A stretch of DNA of 64,000 bases, taken from NCBI RefSeq assembly GCF_009914755.1, contig NC_060925.1, one strand, 5' to 3'. A model generated the notes under the pieces. The model did no database searches. It was given only the letters and a program-made list of their open reading frames with translations, and was not told the DNA's origin. Below are positions 13,853 through 27,500 of this stretch, one piece after another (position 1 is the first letter of the stretch; every line of letters begins with the position of its first letter). Both the position numbers and the translations under genes were made by a program. The DNA comes from the human T2T-CHM13v2.0 reference genome, Homo sapiens.

Positions 13853-15259
13853 TGAACTTTCCCTACAACCATGCTATTTCCCAGGCTCCTGGAAGGTTTT
13901 GGGGCAGACGTAGAAAGACATCCAGAATGGCTCTTTGAGGTGGAACTCTTCAGTGCAAGATGAGTCGGAGCTTGCAGACAGCTGCCCTTCACAGCCGTCA
14001 GATGTGGGCCGATAGGAGGTGACACTGAGCTGAAAGGTGTCTGCTATCAAGACTTGAACAGAAAGGGCCTCTACACGTTGGAGATTTTTTTTCTGGCAGC
14101 TGGTGAGGACTGGGTCAGAGAGTGAGCAGTGGTGCTGAGGTTGTTGCCCCAGCCCCAGGAAGAGAGAGCAGGAAGTGCCTTGTCCGAACCCCCAAGCCCC
14201 TTGAAGGCCACATTCCTCCCTTCCCCTGCTCTAATAATTAGTTCCAGGTTCTTGTCCTCCTGGGGCCTAGTTATTTCCCTGCTGCAGTAATGAGGTGTGG
14301 GGTGGGGGCAGTGGGGGCCAGAACTGAGCTGATTAGACCTCCCAGGCCAGCAGCGGTTGGGCTGTCTGAAGTCGCTGCCTAAGCAGTAAAGGCACCTTCC
14401 CATTTGTCACCAGCATTAGAGCTCGCAGGATGACCTGTCCACTGCATTCTCATGCCCGGAGTTCAGGAGAACGGGTCCCGGACGGCCAATGCGGATTTCC
14501 AATTTAGAATTTCTGTCCATTTACCAGGGAATTACCCCTAAAGAACACCATTTATGGAGCTGACAAAGGCCAAATTAGATTTTGGATTCTGTAGCTGTGT
14601 GTGGGTGACAGGCTGAGGGGAATGAAACAGCAAGGAGGAAGCTGCAGACGCCACGTTTGTGCGAGGAAGCGCTCGCTCGTCCTCTCTCCGACAGCCCCTT
14701 GAGTCTTATTTCTCTGTCTGCAGTGGCCTCTGCCACTTGCTCTGTTACCCTTTCTTGGCTGCTCTCTCTTTCTGGGCCTCCCTTGGCCTGTGTCTGTCAC
14801 TCTACATTCTGAGCATCCTCCCGTTGTCCCCGCACCCCCCCGCCCCCTGCCTTTGTTTCTCACGGCTGTGTTTCTTGGTCTTTAACTTCCAGACTTTTTT
14901 CTTGGGGGCTCTGCCTCATCCTCTCTCCATTTTTGGTGGCTGTTTTTTATTCAGCGGATGGAGGCCCCTGTTCTATATGATCAGAGGGCTGTGGCAGAGA
15001 CAATGGGATATGTTCATCAAATCCTATTTCATTCTCTCCCTGGGTAAATTGGAAGACTACATTTCCCAGCCTGTTAAAAGGGATAATGCTTAAGTTGGGG
15101 CTCAAAAGATAAAAAGAAGCCAGCCAAGTGACGAGTGGAGGAGGTGGGAGAGGGCATTCCAGGCAGAGGGAACAGTTGGATCAAAGCTCTAAAGGGGCAA
15201 CAGCTGGATGTGGGGACGGACAGAGACCAAGATGACTGGATTTGTTTGGTGGAATTGTT

Positions 15260-15680
15260 GATGCCAACTCATCACTCCCCTGTTGTTGCATTCCACACCC
15301 ACATACTTGCCATGGCCTTACGTTAGCAGGAGCACACTTCTCCATGGTTTTAATTAGGGCTTGACCATGTGACTTGTTTTGATTAATGAGATGTTGGGAG
15401 ACACCTTGAATTGTAGAAACTTGGATTGTTCCTGTGTGGTTGGGTCTGTGGTCCTGTGCTCTGCTATTGCTCAGAGAAGGAGATGTCCCAGGATGCCCCA
15501 GTGGCACATTGGTCACTGAAGAATGAGAGACATGCATAGGAGACCTGAACTCAACTGGTGGCCAGGAGCCAAGATCAGCCAAGCCCAGACTAGATGAGCA
15601 AAACCCCAGCGAACCCACAGACATGCTTGTAAGCCACTGAGTTTGGGGCATTATTGTGGCCCTGACTAAACTGACCTATG
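15260..15680 (+). mobile_element. Old MLT1 MaLR LTR
   Basis: 'cttgaccatgtgacttgttttgattaatgagatgttggga...taagccactgagtttggggcattatt'. Confidence 0.65.
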
Positions 15681-16369
15681 GAAGCTGAGGGAGCCTTGGG
15701 GACTGGGGATTAGGATGAGGCTGGACAGGTGGGCAGGGCCAGTTTATGCAGCATCTGTCAAGGCATGGTCGGGAGTTTGGATGGGAAGCCTTTGAAAGGT
15801 TCTACTTTCTAGGTATAGGATATGGTAGGGGTTATTGATACCATTGTATAGATGGGAGAAAACATTTTACATTCCCAGAGAACTTAAGCAAGTTGACCAC
15901 TATTACAGAGACAGGAAGGTGACGGAGTGGTATCAGACCCCAAATCTGTCTGAGCCATGAAATGGTTGTCTGAATTCCTCCCCTTGGGTCAAGTCTGTTT
16001 GCCTCAGTTTTATAGGGTGACATGCTTTGATCCTGTCTCCAAGGTTTTTGGTGCTGATTGCTTCTTTCTCCTTCCTTCCCATCCTTTGCATGACTGTCCA
16101 TGTGGCCAAAGGCCCTTCTGGTAACCCCTGCTCTCATAGTCCCTCGCGATCCAGCAGCACATCCCCTGCTGCCCCACTGGCCCAGAGCCCCTGGGCAGCC
16201 ATCCTCTCCTGATCTCACGGGTCCTCCGGTTTCCTGGTCCCATGACATCACTGGCCAGCACAGTCCCTGGCCCTAAGCAGACTCTACACCTGCTGCCTCT
16301 CCTTGCACTCTAGGACTGCCAAGTGGTGCTGAGGATAATTATAGAGTATGGTTCCCAGGTCAGTGAAAA

Positions 16370-16570
16370 GATCATGGGGTTCGGCACTTACAGACTCATG
16401 TTCAAATACCAGCTCCTTAGCAGCTGCGTGACCTTGGACAAGTTACTCAATTTCTTTGAATCTCAGTATCTTTGTCTGCACATAAGGGATAATGGGGCCC
16501 CTGTCACTGGACTCTTAAGAGAATGAAGTAACTTATAGGCAGACACTCAACAGATGGGAGCTATTGTAGT
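16370..16570 (+). mobile_element. MIR
   Basis: 'gttcaaataccagctccttagcagctgcgtgaccttggacaagttactcaatttctttgaatctcagtatc'. Confidence 0.75.
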
Positions 16571-17189
16571 TGTTGTGGGCAATGAGAATGATTTCCAACG
16601 CCACCTGGGCCCTCACTGCTCCTTGGCTGTCATTATACCCATCTCTGTCAGCCTATCACATCTCCCAGTTGCCCTCACCAAACCTTTCCACCCTCCCCCA
16701 CCTCCATCCTCCTTATACCAGTCATGCTCTGCAGACAACCTCAACTTGCCCTCTACTGGGTAGATCAAAGTCATCAGATGTGGGTTCCCTAGATTTCCAT
16801 CCATCTCTGTCAGTGTCCTCCCCAATCCTACCTCAGAGGGAGGGGCTCCATCCTCGTCACATCCTTCCACCCCTCCAGAGTGCCCTAAATCATAATGCCT
16901 TCAACTGGCTCCAAGACCCTTCTCCATCAATTAGCTTCGTACGTCTTACTTTCTTTGTTCATTTACTCATTCATTCAACATCTCTCCTCTTTCTCCAACT
17001 CTGCATTAAGCCCTCAGTCTGCATATTTGCTCACACTTTTCCCAACTGGAAAGCCCTTTAAATACTTCCTCAGCGATTGCCCCATTTTCTTCCCCATTTC
17101 CCAGCAACGCTCCTTTCCTGCTTCCTCACCGTGCTTGCTGTCCTCACCAGCTCCATTTCGGCTTCCGTCTCCACTAAACCACTCTTGTC

Positions 17190-18000
17190 AAGGATACCAG
17201 TGACCCACTTACCAATTCCAATGACACGTCTCGGTCCTTATCTTACTAGATCTCTTGGCAGGAGCTGACACTGTCAACTGCTTTGTTCTGCTGCCTCTCT
17301 CTTCCCCTGCTTTGAAATGTCTACTTTGTCCAGATTTCCCCCACCTCTCTTGTTAGTCCCTTTCTCTGCTTCCGGCAGCTCCCCTCAGGGTTTGGTCTTG
17401 GCCCTCTTCTTTGGAAATGACACCTAGCCATACAACATTAACTCCTGTGTGACCTCTACCTTGCCTTCCAGATCTGTGTCTTCAGCCCAGACCTAGCTTC
17501 TGTGCCCCAGGCCCATCTAGACAACTTTCCACTGGGTGCTTTGTGGGGTGCCCAGACCCACCGTCCTGCCTCCTCCTAACCTGCTCTGCCATTTGTGCTC
17601 TGTACGCAGGCTAGTGGGACAGTTCATCATATTTCTGGGGTCAGAAATCTCATCTTTGCCTCTGACATATCATCCGTTGTCGAGTTCTGTCAAGTCTACC
17701 TTCCTAAGATACCTGGCTGAGACCTCACCTCTCTCTCCTACATCTCCCAGGAACCTTCTCTGACCTCTAGAGAGGCAGGATCCCTGGCCCTTAAGCATTT
17801 GCAGTTCACTGTACTTCTCCTGGGCAGCACTTCATCACACTTGCAATTAAATAACTCATCATATATGTATTTATTTAACGTCTATCTTCCTGCCAGACTG
17901 TGGGGTCTGTGAAGGCAGGGGTTGTCTCTCTCCTGGTTATCTCTGTGTCCCTATACCTGGCATGGTAACTGATACATGTTAGGGACTCAACAAATACTTG
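17190..18000 (+). mobile_element. L2 fragments
   Basis: L2-type motifs ending 'cctggcatggtaactgatacatgttagggactcaacaaatacttg'. Confidence 0.6.
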
Positions 18001-18348
18001 TGGAGTGCCCAGACAGCAGTAGGGAGGAATTCTAGATTGGGAAGAGGTGGGACAAATGTCCCGGCATTAGGTGCCCACGTGGGAAAGCACAAAGTAAACC
18101 AAAGTGCACCCCTGAACCTTATTGCCTGTGCTCCCCTCCCCGCAAAGCCTCTGAAGACAGCAGCTATGGAGGCTTTTGTTCTATTGACAGGAGGCGAAGC
18201 AGCTACAAGCTCCTTAATCACCTCTTCACAAACATGGGGAAGCCTCATTAATCCCAGTGAGCAGATGATCTATTGTTCCCAGCTCAGGTCTCTGGAAAAC
18301 TGGCCTTTCTCTGCAGATGCAGAATCCACCCCCACCCCACTGGGCAGG

Positions 18349-18535
18349 AACATTCTGTCCCCTTTTCTCATGTAGATGAACTGCTAACACTCTGTCCCCT
18401 TCTCTCGTGTAGATGAACCACTAACATTCTGTCCCCTTCTCTCGTGTAGATGAACCACTAACATTCTGTCCCCTTCTCTCATGTAGATGAACCACTAACA
18501 TTCTGTCCCCTTCTCTCGTGTAGATGAACCACTAA
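18349..18535 (+). repeat. 37-bp minisatellite, 5 copies
   Basis: Unit aacattctgtccccttctctcgtgtagatgaaccact starts at 18349, 18386, 18423, 18460 and 18497. Confidence 0.95.
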
Positions 18536-18769
18536 GCCTTGGGAATTGTACCCTTGGTGGGGGTTCTTTGCCCAGGTGAGCCCTCAGTGTACACTGAGAC
18601 CAGGACCAATCTTCCACAGATGGCCTCTGCTCACCTACCACATAGACAAAAACTGGAAAAGGTTTGGTCATAGCAGTGCTGCAGAGGAAAGGGGTTCTCA
18701 TGTGGTAGTTGGTGTGTGTGTGTGCATGTGCATGCAATTTGGTAGTATGAGTGGTTACGTTCATCAACT

Positions 18770-18945
18770 CTGGAGACAGACTGGGTTAAAATCCCAGCAT
18801 TGGCACTTGCCAGCTGTGTGGGCTTGGGCAAGTCATTTGTTTCCTCCATATCTCAGTTTTCTCATTTGTGAAGTAGAGATAATGATAGTATCTACTCACA
18901 GGGTTATTATGGGGACAGGTATGTTAATATATGTAAAGGCTTGGT
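18770..18945 (+). mobile_element. MIR
   Basis: 'ggagacagactgggttaaaatcccagc...ctcagttttctcatttgtgaagtagagataatgatagtatctactcacagggttatt'. Confidence 0.8.
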
Positions 18946-19099
18946 TTCAGTCATCCTCTATCTGAACTGAAACACTTTAGAAGCTATATTCCCTCTCCTC
19001 ACCCTGAACTAGGAGACCAGAGGCTTGCTATGGAAAGCATGGGGTGGAGGAGCAGGTTCTCATTGACTGCTCTTTGACCAGTGGTTTGGGGGCTCCTTA

Positions 19100-19510
<411 letters not shown>

Positions 19511-19559
19511 TCAGTTTCTCTATCTGCACAATGAAGGAGCTGGCCTAGAAAGGAGACGG

Positions 19560-19740
19560 ATTTTATTTCATATGCCATTTCAGATCAACTGGTGGTAGCT
19601 GGAGATGTGGATGGAGAAGGATTCTGAAGCTGTGCCCAGGCTCTGTAGGAAAGAGTGTCTGTGATTGATGAGTGATATCTGCAACAGACATGGGATACAG
19701 AAGTGATGGGCAGCATTTCTTGTATTTGCCATCCCTCAGC
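19560..19740. mobile_element. MER102-like hAT element
   Basis: 'tgattgatgagtgatatctgc...ggcagcatttcttgtatttgccatccct' resembles the recalled MER102 terminus. Confidence 0.5.
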
Positions 19741-20879
19741 TAGATGCTTGATTTTTAAGGGGTCCTCCTTGATCTAAAGCTGTTCAGTGTTGTGCATGTT
19801 CAGAATGAGACTCATTAACAATCCAGACATGATCTTGGCATTAGTTCCAGGAAGCCCTGCTCATTGAGCTTCAGTGTTACCTGGGTTTGAGGAGGAGAGG
19901 GGTCTTCTATAGCTCTGTCCCAAATACCTGTAAATATAGCTGGTGGTCACCATGAAGGGGTGAGAGATGTTGGCTCTAGAGAGTGGAACCTAGAAGGGGA
20001 CCGGGAAGCATGTGAGGGGTGATGCCTAGCCAGGGAGGTGGTAAGGGTGGCAAGCATGATGAGATGCCATGGAGCAGCCAGGCATGGGTGGATCATCTGT
20101 GAGTTTTAAGGCCAGAGGGGGAGTAGTCAATGAGATCAAGGGAGACAATCTTACAAGTGTGCCTGGGGCAGGCTCTGCCCAGAGTAGGATCAGTGCTGGG
20201 GCTGGGACACAGGAAGCCTCTTCCCTAGGAACTACTACTTCCTATAGACTCCAGCTGAAGGCCCCGGCCATATTGGCCTCACTCCTGAGAGAACTCATGT
20301 AGAACTGGACGTAGGAAACAGGCAGGAGACAAAGGCCAAGAAGAATTGGCTGGAATCAGAAGCATTGGAAGCTCCGAAAGTGGAAGGTGATTTTCTGAGT
20401 TTCCTTGGAAACCTGAGTCCTTATACTGTTCAAGGTTGGGAGGAGGTGAGTAGCCAGGTGTGAGTAAGGGGCTCCATTCCTGGTGGTCGTGGTTTTGTTG
20501 GAGGGCATTCATAGGCCTGAGGGTTTCCCAGCCTGCAGGCAGTTTTAGAATCGGTAAAGTTCAAAAGCACAGAGCTCATCAACAATTAAGCTCATGTAAC
20601 CATTTCTCTCTTTGTCAATTCATTGAAATTTAGGAGAATGAATTTTATTCTTCTTTAAATTTATTGTCTGCTAACTCAATCAAGGTTCTTTTAGCAACTT
20701 AATTGTTTCTGTATTGCTCCTAACTCAACAAAAATGTCAGAAAATGAAGTTGATAGTTTAAAAAACCTTATTCTACATCCAGCAAGTACCTTCCCTATCG
20801 TTAACAATGAGCCATTTTCTGTACTTGGCCTCTAAACACAGAACAGTCTATAGAGTTACACAGCTGCTGTCACAAATAG

Positions 20880-21125
20880 CTAGTCAGACAGACCTGGGTT
20901 CAAAGTTCTTCCCCTGCCCTCCACTGCTGCATGCTGGTGGTATGACCTTGGGCAAGTAACTTAGCCTACTTGCACCTGAGTTTCCTCACCTATAAAATGG
21001 GTATAATAATACAGACCTGCACAATGTCATATTGTATGATTAGTAAGGTAATTGTATGTAAACCATGCAGCAGAAGAGGGTCCAACACCTAGAATGTGCT
21101 TAAGGAATGGTAGCTATTGCAGTTT
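20880..21125 (+). mobile_element. MIR
   Basis: 'agtcagacagacctgggttcaaag...tgaccttgggcaagtaacttagcc...gagtttcctcacctataaaatggg'. Confidence 0.85.
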
Positions 21126-22314
21126 TATTATTGGAGTAAATGCATATTCACGGTAACATTTAGTTGCAGTTAAGCTTGACTTCAGTAATAAGTGCTTTAA
21201 CACCTGACACAATAACATAAATACGGTAACACAGATTTACGGTAATACCGTTAGAGTCCTACACACAATAACAGAATCGTTGCATGGAAACAGTAACATA
21301 CAAATGTAGTAGTGTAATTGCAATAATGTTTAGCCACAGTTACATATGCATATAATAACCTTTAGCTATACTAAGGATGATACATAACAAAGTGACAGCT
21401 ACAGTATCAATATACAGTATCACACAACTATAGTAATATATATATGTTACAGTAATATATAGATGCATCAACTTAGAGTGAAAATACTTAGGGTAAGTCA
21501 CAGGTAGAGTGACATTCCCTATAAGATATAGATAACTACAGAAATACATAGATCCTATAATATGGTTAAATTTTCTTGTAGGAATTATAATGTGTACATC
21601 CAATAACATGTGGATAGAGTAATACACAGAGTCAGACCTGTAGGAACATTGATAAACAGCAGGCAATGTTGCTTCCAGCATTCTCTCTACAGTTGTTTTT
21701 CAGGTTACAGTTTTTCTGAGAATCTTATGAAAGCTATGGATGCTCTTCTTAGGAAAAAAAACCTTCCCAAATGCATTTATAAGTGGCAAAATTCTGTATC
21801 CGTGTAGCCCTAGCTCTGGTCTGATATTTAGTGTTCAGATGTCCCAGATTCAAATACTTGAGAATCAGAGCAAGGAGAAATAATCTCTTAAGAGATCAGA
21901 CTTCTGTCCACATCCAGGCATAGTCTATTCCTGCTTACTGGACTCTGATTTGATTTGATTTTTTAGGTGACCTACTCTTCTGTACTGTTGGAGCAAAGAG
22001 GGCATCTCTTTTTGATCATGGTTTTGAGGTCCAGCTGCTCCTGCTGGCTAATCTGACTTCTGCTGAGGAGACCATCTTTGCCTGAGCAAAAGTCCTTTTT
22101 GACCAATATCCTGTAAAGCCCAAAAAAGTCAGTTCCAAACAGCCTATGCATAGGCTGGTCAGTCCTTTTGTATGGAGATGTTGGTGGCAGTTGCAACCTG
22201 GCTGGTGCTTGGGGCTGCAGTGGAAGATGAGTAATTATTTAGGGGCAGCTGGTGTTCACTAAAGTCAAACTGACAGACCACCTTCTTCATAGTTACATTC
22301 CCCTGGACTTGCTA

Positions 22315-22790
22315 TATCAGTTAGCTATTGCTGTGTAACAAAATATACCAGAGCTTAAAAAATACACATTTATTATTGCTCATGAATTTATGGGCGAAGT
22401 GGGTGGTTCTTCTGATCTGGGATAGGCTTGGCTGGCTTTGGCTGGACATACTCATACCTCTACAGTCAACTGGCTGGTCTCAGATGACCCTGGCTGGGAG
22501 AACTGGCTCAAATAGGTGTTCTGTCCATGTATCTCTCACATCCCTCTAGCAGGCTTGTTTACAAGGCAGCATCAGGATTCTGAGAGAAAGAGAGAGAAAG
22601 AGGGAGGGAGGGAGCTGCGTGTGCAAGCCTGTTGAGGCCACAGCTTCAACTGGAGCACTGTCACTCCTGCTGCATTCTATTGATCAAAACAAGTTACGAA
22701 GTCAGCCGAGACCCAAGGGGTGAGAAAACAGACCCCAATTCCTGATGGAGGGAGCTGGAAAGTCAAATTGCAAAGGTTTTGGTACAGAGA
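22315..22790 (-). mobile_element. Old MLT1 MaLR LTR
   Basis: 'tatcagttagctattgctgtgtaacaaaatatacc...tcactcctgctgcattctattgatcaaaacaagttac'. Confidence 0.75.
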
Positions 22791-24001
22791 AGAATGGAGG
22801 ATTGGGGAACAACTACACCTGCTTTGCAGGGAGAGTTGCTGGGGCCTCTGCCAAGTCCTCCTTTGGATCCCTCAGCAGGGCCAAAGCTGAATCTTGGGCT
22901 GATTTCTGACCCTGCACACTTCAGACTTGGCTCCACATGGGCAGTGGGGCCCATTTTCTGGTCTCAAACCCTCATAAATCCCTCCTTCTCTTGGGTGATT
23001 GGAACATCTGACCCAAAAGGGCTTATCCACTGGCTTCTAGTGATCTGTGCCTTGCAGGATTTCTCGAAACAATGAGGTAGGCCACCACATTTCTCTACTG
23101 GGAATTTGAAATCTGGGCCCAGAGGTGATGAAGAGTCAGTGGTGGGTAGAAACTGAGAGATCATGATGAGAGAGGAGAGCAGACTCTCAGAGAGAGATAC
23201 AGAAGAGAGAGACCATGTAAATACAGAAAGGAGGCAAAGGGAGAAGTGGACTGGCCCCAGGTGCTTTCCTGTTTCCAGAAAACTTGCCTGAACTTTGTTT
23301 TCTGTCCTTGAATTCAGTGAAAGCTCTGTTTCCTTATAATATGCCCCTCACTTTTGCTTAAGAAAGCCTGACGGGGGTTCTATTCTTTGCAACCGAACAC
23401 TGTTGATTAAGGATCCCCTTTAGGGGAGAAGGCCAGACAAAGCTTCCATGGGGGACCCCAGCTTGTTGGCATCCATCCCATACATCCCAGAGCATTTTCT
23501 CTCTTGGGTCTTGCTGACAGCCCAGGCTCAAAATAATTAGCTTTCGATGTCTAGCCTCTGCCCCAAATCAGAGAGACACTTGATATTTGCAAAAGAAAGT
23601 CATTGACATTCATTCCTGAATGTCCCTGAAGCTCCACCTCAGGGAGAGAGCCACATAGTTCACCCACCACAAAGATGATTTTCCCTAAACTAGGGGTGAA
23701 TGTTCTGCCTTTTACTTTTATATAGGGCTGGTTGAGAAACAGACACCTGAAAAGAATTTCTACACTTTCTTTTACACTCCTGTTGAAAACATTGTCTTCT
23801 ACATGACAGCCTATGTGATACATTTCTTTAAGAATTCAGTGATAGGTAAAAGTTATGAAGAACATTTTATGAGAGAGAGGCCTCTGAAACTCAATCCTTT
23901 CTATTTTGTTTTTCATGGTTACAGGGAAGCTCACACCGAAATTTACCATTCAATCACTTGCTGACAGTTGCCAAACATGCCGATATTGATTTCATATATA
24001 T

Positions 24002-24475
24002 ATGCTACCATTGTTGCAATGAACGATCACAAACTTAATGGTTTAAAATAACACACATTTATTATTTTACAATTCTGGAGGTCAGAAGTCTAAAATTGTT
24101 CTTAAGGGCTAAAATTAAGAGGTTAGCAGAGCTGCATTCCTTCTGGAGTCTCCTTGGGAAAAATCTGCTATCTTGCCTTTTCTAGAAGCTACCTGCTTTC
24201 CTTGGCTCATGGTTCCTTCTCACGCCTTCAAAACCAACAGTATAGTATCCCTCAATCTCTTTCTATATCTGACTCTGATCCTCTTGCCTTCCTCTTGTAA
24301 GAGCAGTTATGATTATATTGAACCTACTGAGATATTCTGAGATTATTCTTTCTAAATAAAATCAACTTAATTCCATTTGCAAAGTCCCTTTTGCCATCTA
24401 AGGTAACCTAATAACAGGTTCTGGGGATTAAGATGTGGACACCATTGGGAGGGGCTATTATACAGCCTGTCACAA
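24002..24475 (-). mobile_element. MLT1 (MLT1D-like) LTR
   Basis: 'cacaaacttaatggtttaaaataacacacatttattattttacaattctggaggtcagaagtc...caggttctggggattaagatgtggac'. Confidence 0.8.
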
Positions 24476-24479
24476 TATG

Positions 24480-24728
24480 TATCTCAGCCCCCCTGTCCCA
24501 TTTATGGGACAATTCTGAGGTGTGTTCTACAGCCTCACAGAGGATCCCCGGCAGGATTGAATCCCAGTTGCTCACAGCAAAACCCACTCATGAACATATC
24601 TTTATTGGTTCTCTTCCCTCCTTGTGTTCCTACTTCCTCACACACTCCTTGGGATCACCTCTGATAAATTATTTGTACCCAAAGTGTTGTTTCAGAATCT
24701 GTTTTGGAGGAAACATGAACTGAAACAA
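24480..24728 (+). mobile_element. LTR16-family LTR 3' part
   Basis: 'gggacaattctgaggtgtgttctacag...ataaattatttgtacccaaag...tctgttttggaggaaac'. Confidence 0.6.
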
Positions 24729-25674
24729 GAACCATATTAGCCTAGATTTATCGGCATATTTTCCTTTCCTTCTTTCTCTGGAGTCCTCTGAATTTTCTAT
24801 TTTTAATACTTATGTAAAAAAACAGGATAATATAGAAAAGAATATGAGCTTTGGAGCCAGAAAGACATGGATTCAAATGTGAACTCAATTTCTTATGAAT
24901 TGTGTCTTTTAAAGCACTACAGGTTTCTGAAGTATCTTATGCTTCGTCCAAAATATTTTTTTTCCCTGACTAGCGTGGTATTAAAGTGCATTTCATGTTG
25001 CTCTTTAAAACTAATAGATAATCCATGCATATACATTCTAGTGTGCAGAATATGTGCTTCACCAGAACATAGATTTCATGATCTGCTGAGATACCAGAGG
25101 TTTCCCAGTGCATGGTGTTTAATGAGGACCTCTGGTTTTGCATTATTGAAGCCCATGTTTCCCATACACTTAAAATTATCAGAGTATCTGTTCACAGGTT
25201 TCTGATGCTTATTGGGTAGCATGGTACCCCTGTTATATGCCAGTTGGGGAAGGGTCTACGTTGCGTGCTTCTCCTCACCTGAGACTGCAGGCTGTGTCTG
25301 TGGTCCTGATGTGGACTCAAGTCCTACAGGAGCAGCTCTCTTCAGTGTGGGGTTCTCAAGATGATCCTTTGGAAGTGCAAAGAAAATATTAAAATGATGA
25401 TTTATCTATTTAAAAAGACCCAAGTTCAGTGTTACTAGTATTTAATATGTGGATTGATATTGGTGTCCTGTTATATGTTGGGTAGTCATGGTACATGGAA
25501 GGGCCAACGTGTGCTGAGGGAGGAGTGGCGTTTCACAGAGCAATAAGATTAATGGTGGTATCTACCTTCATATGCCACTCCTAGCCATGGAATTTCAGTT
25601 TACATGTGGCTGATTAAGGGATTCATGGATTATGAAATTTAGTTTGACCTTAAGCAAAGTTTTAATTGCAGGAT

Positions 25675-26110
25675 AATTTATATACAAAAAGGTATACAAC
25701 TTTTAAGGGTACAAGTCAATAGATTTTCACAAAGTGAACACATCTCTTATAATCATATAATCCAGATTAGAAAGAAAGTTTCCAGCACCCCTGAAGCCAC
25801 TTCTATGACGTCTTCCCATCACTACCTACCCCTCGGTAACCCTTATCCTGATTTCTAGCACCATCTATGAGTTTTACATGTTTTTGAACTTTGGATAAAT
25901 GAAATCATGTGTTTGAATGACTTTTTAAATTCAACATTACACTTGTGAGGCTCATCCAATCACATTGTTTTGTAGTTTGTTCATTCTCATTGTTGCACAA
26001 CATTACACTGCATGCACACATCCATTCTCCTGTTAATGAGCACTTTTGGTGTATCCACATCCTGGATATTATAAATAGTGCCACTAAGAACATTCTTATG
26101 CATGTCCTTC
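25675..26110 (-). mobile_element. Old L1M (L1ME-like) 3' fragment
   Basis: 'gattttcacaaagtgaacacatc...ttttgaactttggataaatgaaatcat...ataaatagtgccactaagaacattcttatgcatgtc'. Confidence 0.75.
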
Positions 26111-26489
26111 TATGAGAAAATGTAATTTTAACTAAAATAATCCTCACAAAATGGGAAGATGGCTTAAAAACTTCCTGCAAAAATATCATGAGTTGAAGAT
26201 AATACTAATAAATGCAAGCCCATCAAACAGCCAGAAAATGGAAAGGATGATATTTCTACTCCGAATAGAAAGTTTTGGATGAATGACAATTATTTAATCA
26301 TACCCAACAAGAAATTAGCAAAAAAAGGAGGAAAAATTTAAGAAGACTTTGCTATGTACATGTGACCATTCATGATAAACCTTGAGAAATTAGCTAATGA
26401 GAATGTGAAGTGTCTGCAGTTAGCATGTGTGGATGTCATTGGCTCCATGCACCAGATATTTCTGATTCTTTTTTAAAAGATTGTTTCAT

Positions 26490-27175
<686 letters not shown>

Positions 27176-27179
27176 TGAT

Positions 27180-27500
27180 TGACTTCCTGGCCTGCTTGGA
27201 GTTAAGTGTGGCCATGTGACTTGTGTTGGTCATTGAAATATGAGAAGGAGTGATGGATGTCACTTCCAGGCAGAAGCATTAACAGCCAATGTGCTGTTTA
27301 TCATCTTCTCTTTTCCCTTTGCCACAAGGACTGGCAATGTTCTGGAAAGAACCTCAGTCAGTCTGGGTCCCAGAGTGAGGCTGTGCTATAGCTGACCTGT
27401 GATGTGCACGTAGCATGCAACAAGCTTCTATCGTTTTAAGCCACAGTTAGTGGGAATATTTGTTATCAGAGCAAAACCAAGTCTCTCCTAACTAATATAA
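27180..27500 (+). mobile_element. Old MLT1 LTR (5' piece probably at ~26423-26470, split by L1PB)
   Basis: 'agttaagtgtggccatgtgacttgtgttggtcattgaaatatgagaaggagtgatggatgtcacttccaggcagaagcatt'. Confidence 0.7.

Noticed and set aside
18349-18535. 37-bp repeats as a CRISPR array
   Set aside because: The units are contiguous with no unique spacers, there are no cas genes, and the DNA is primate.
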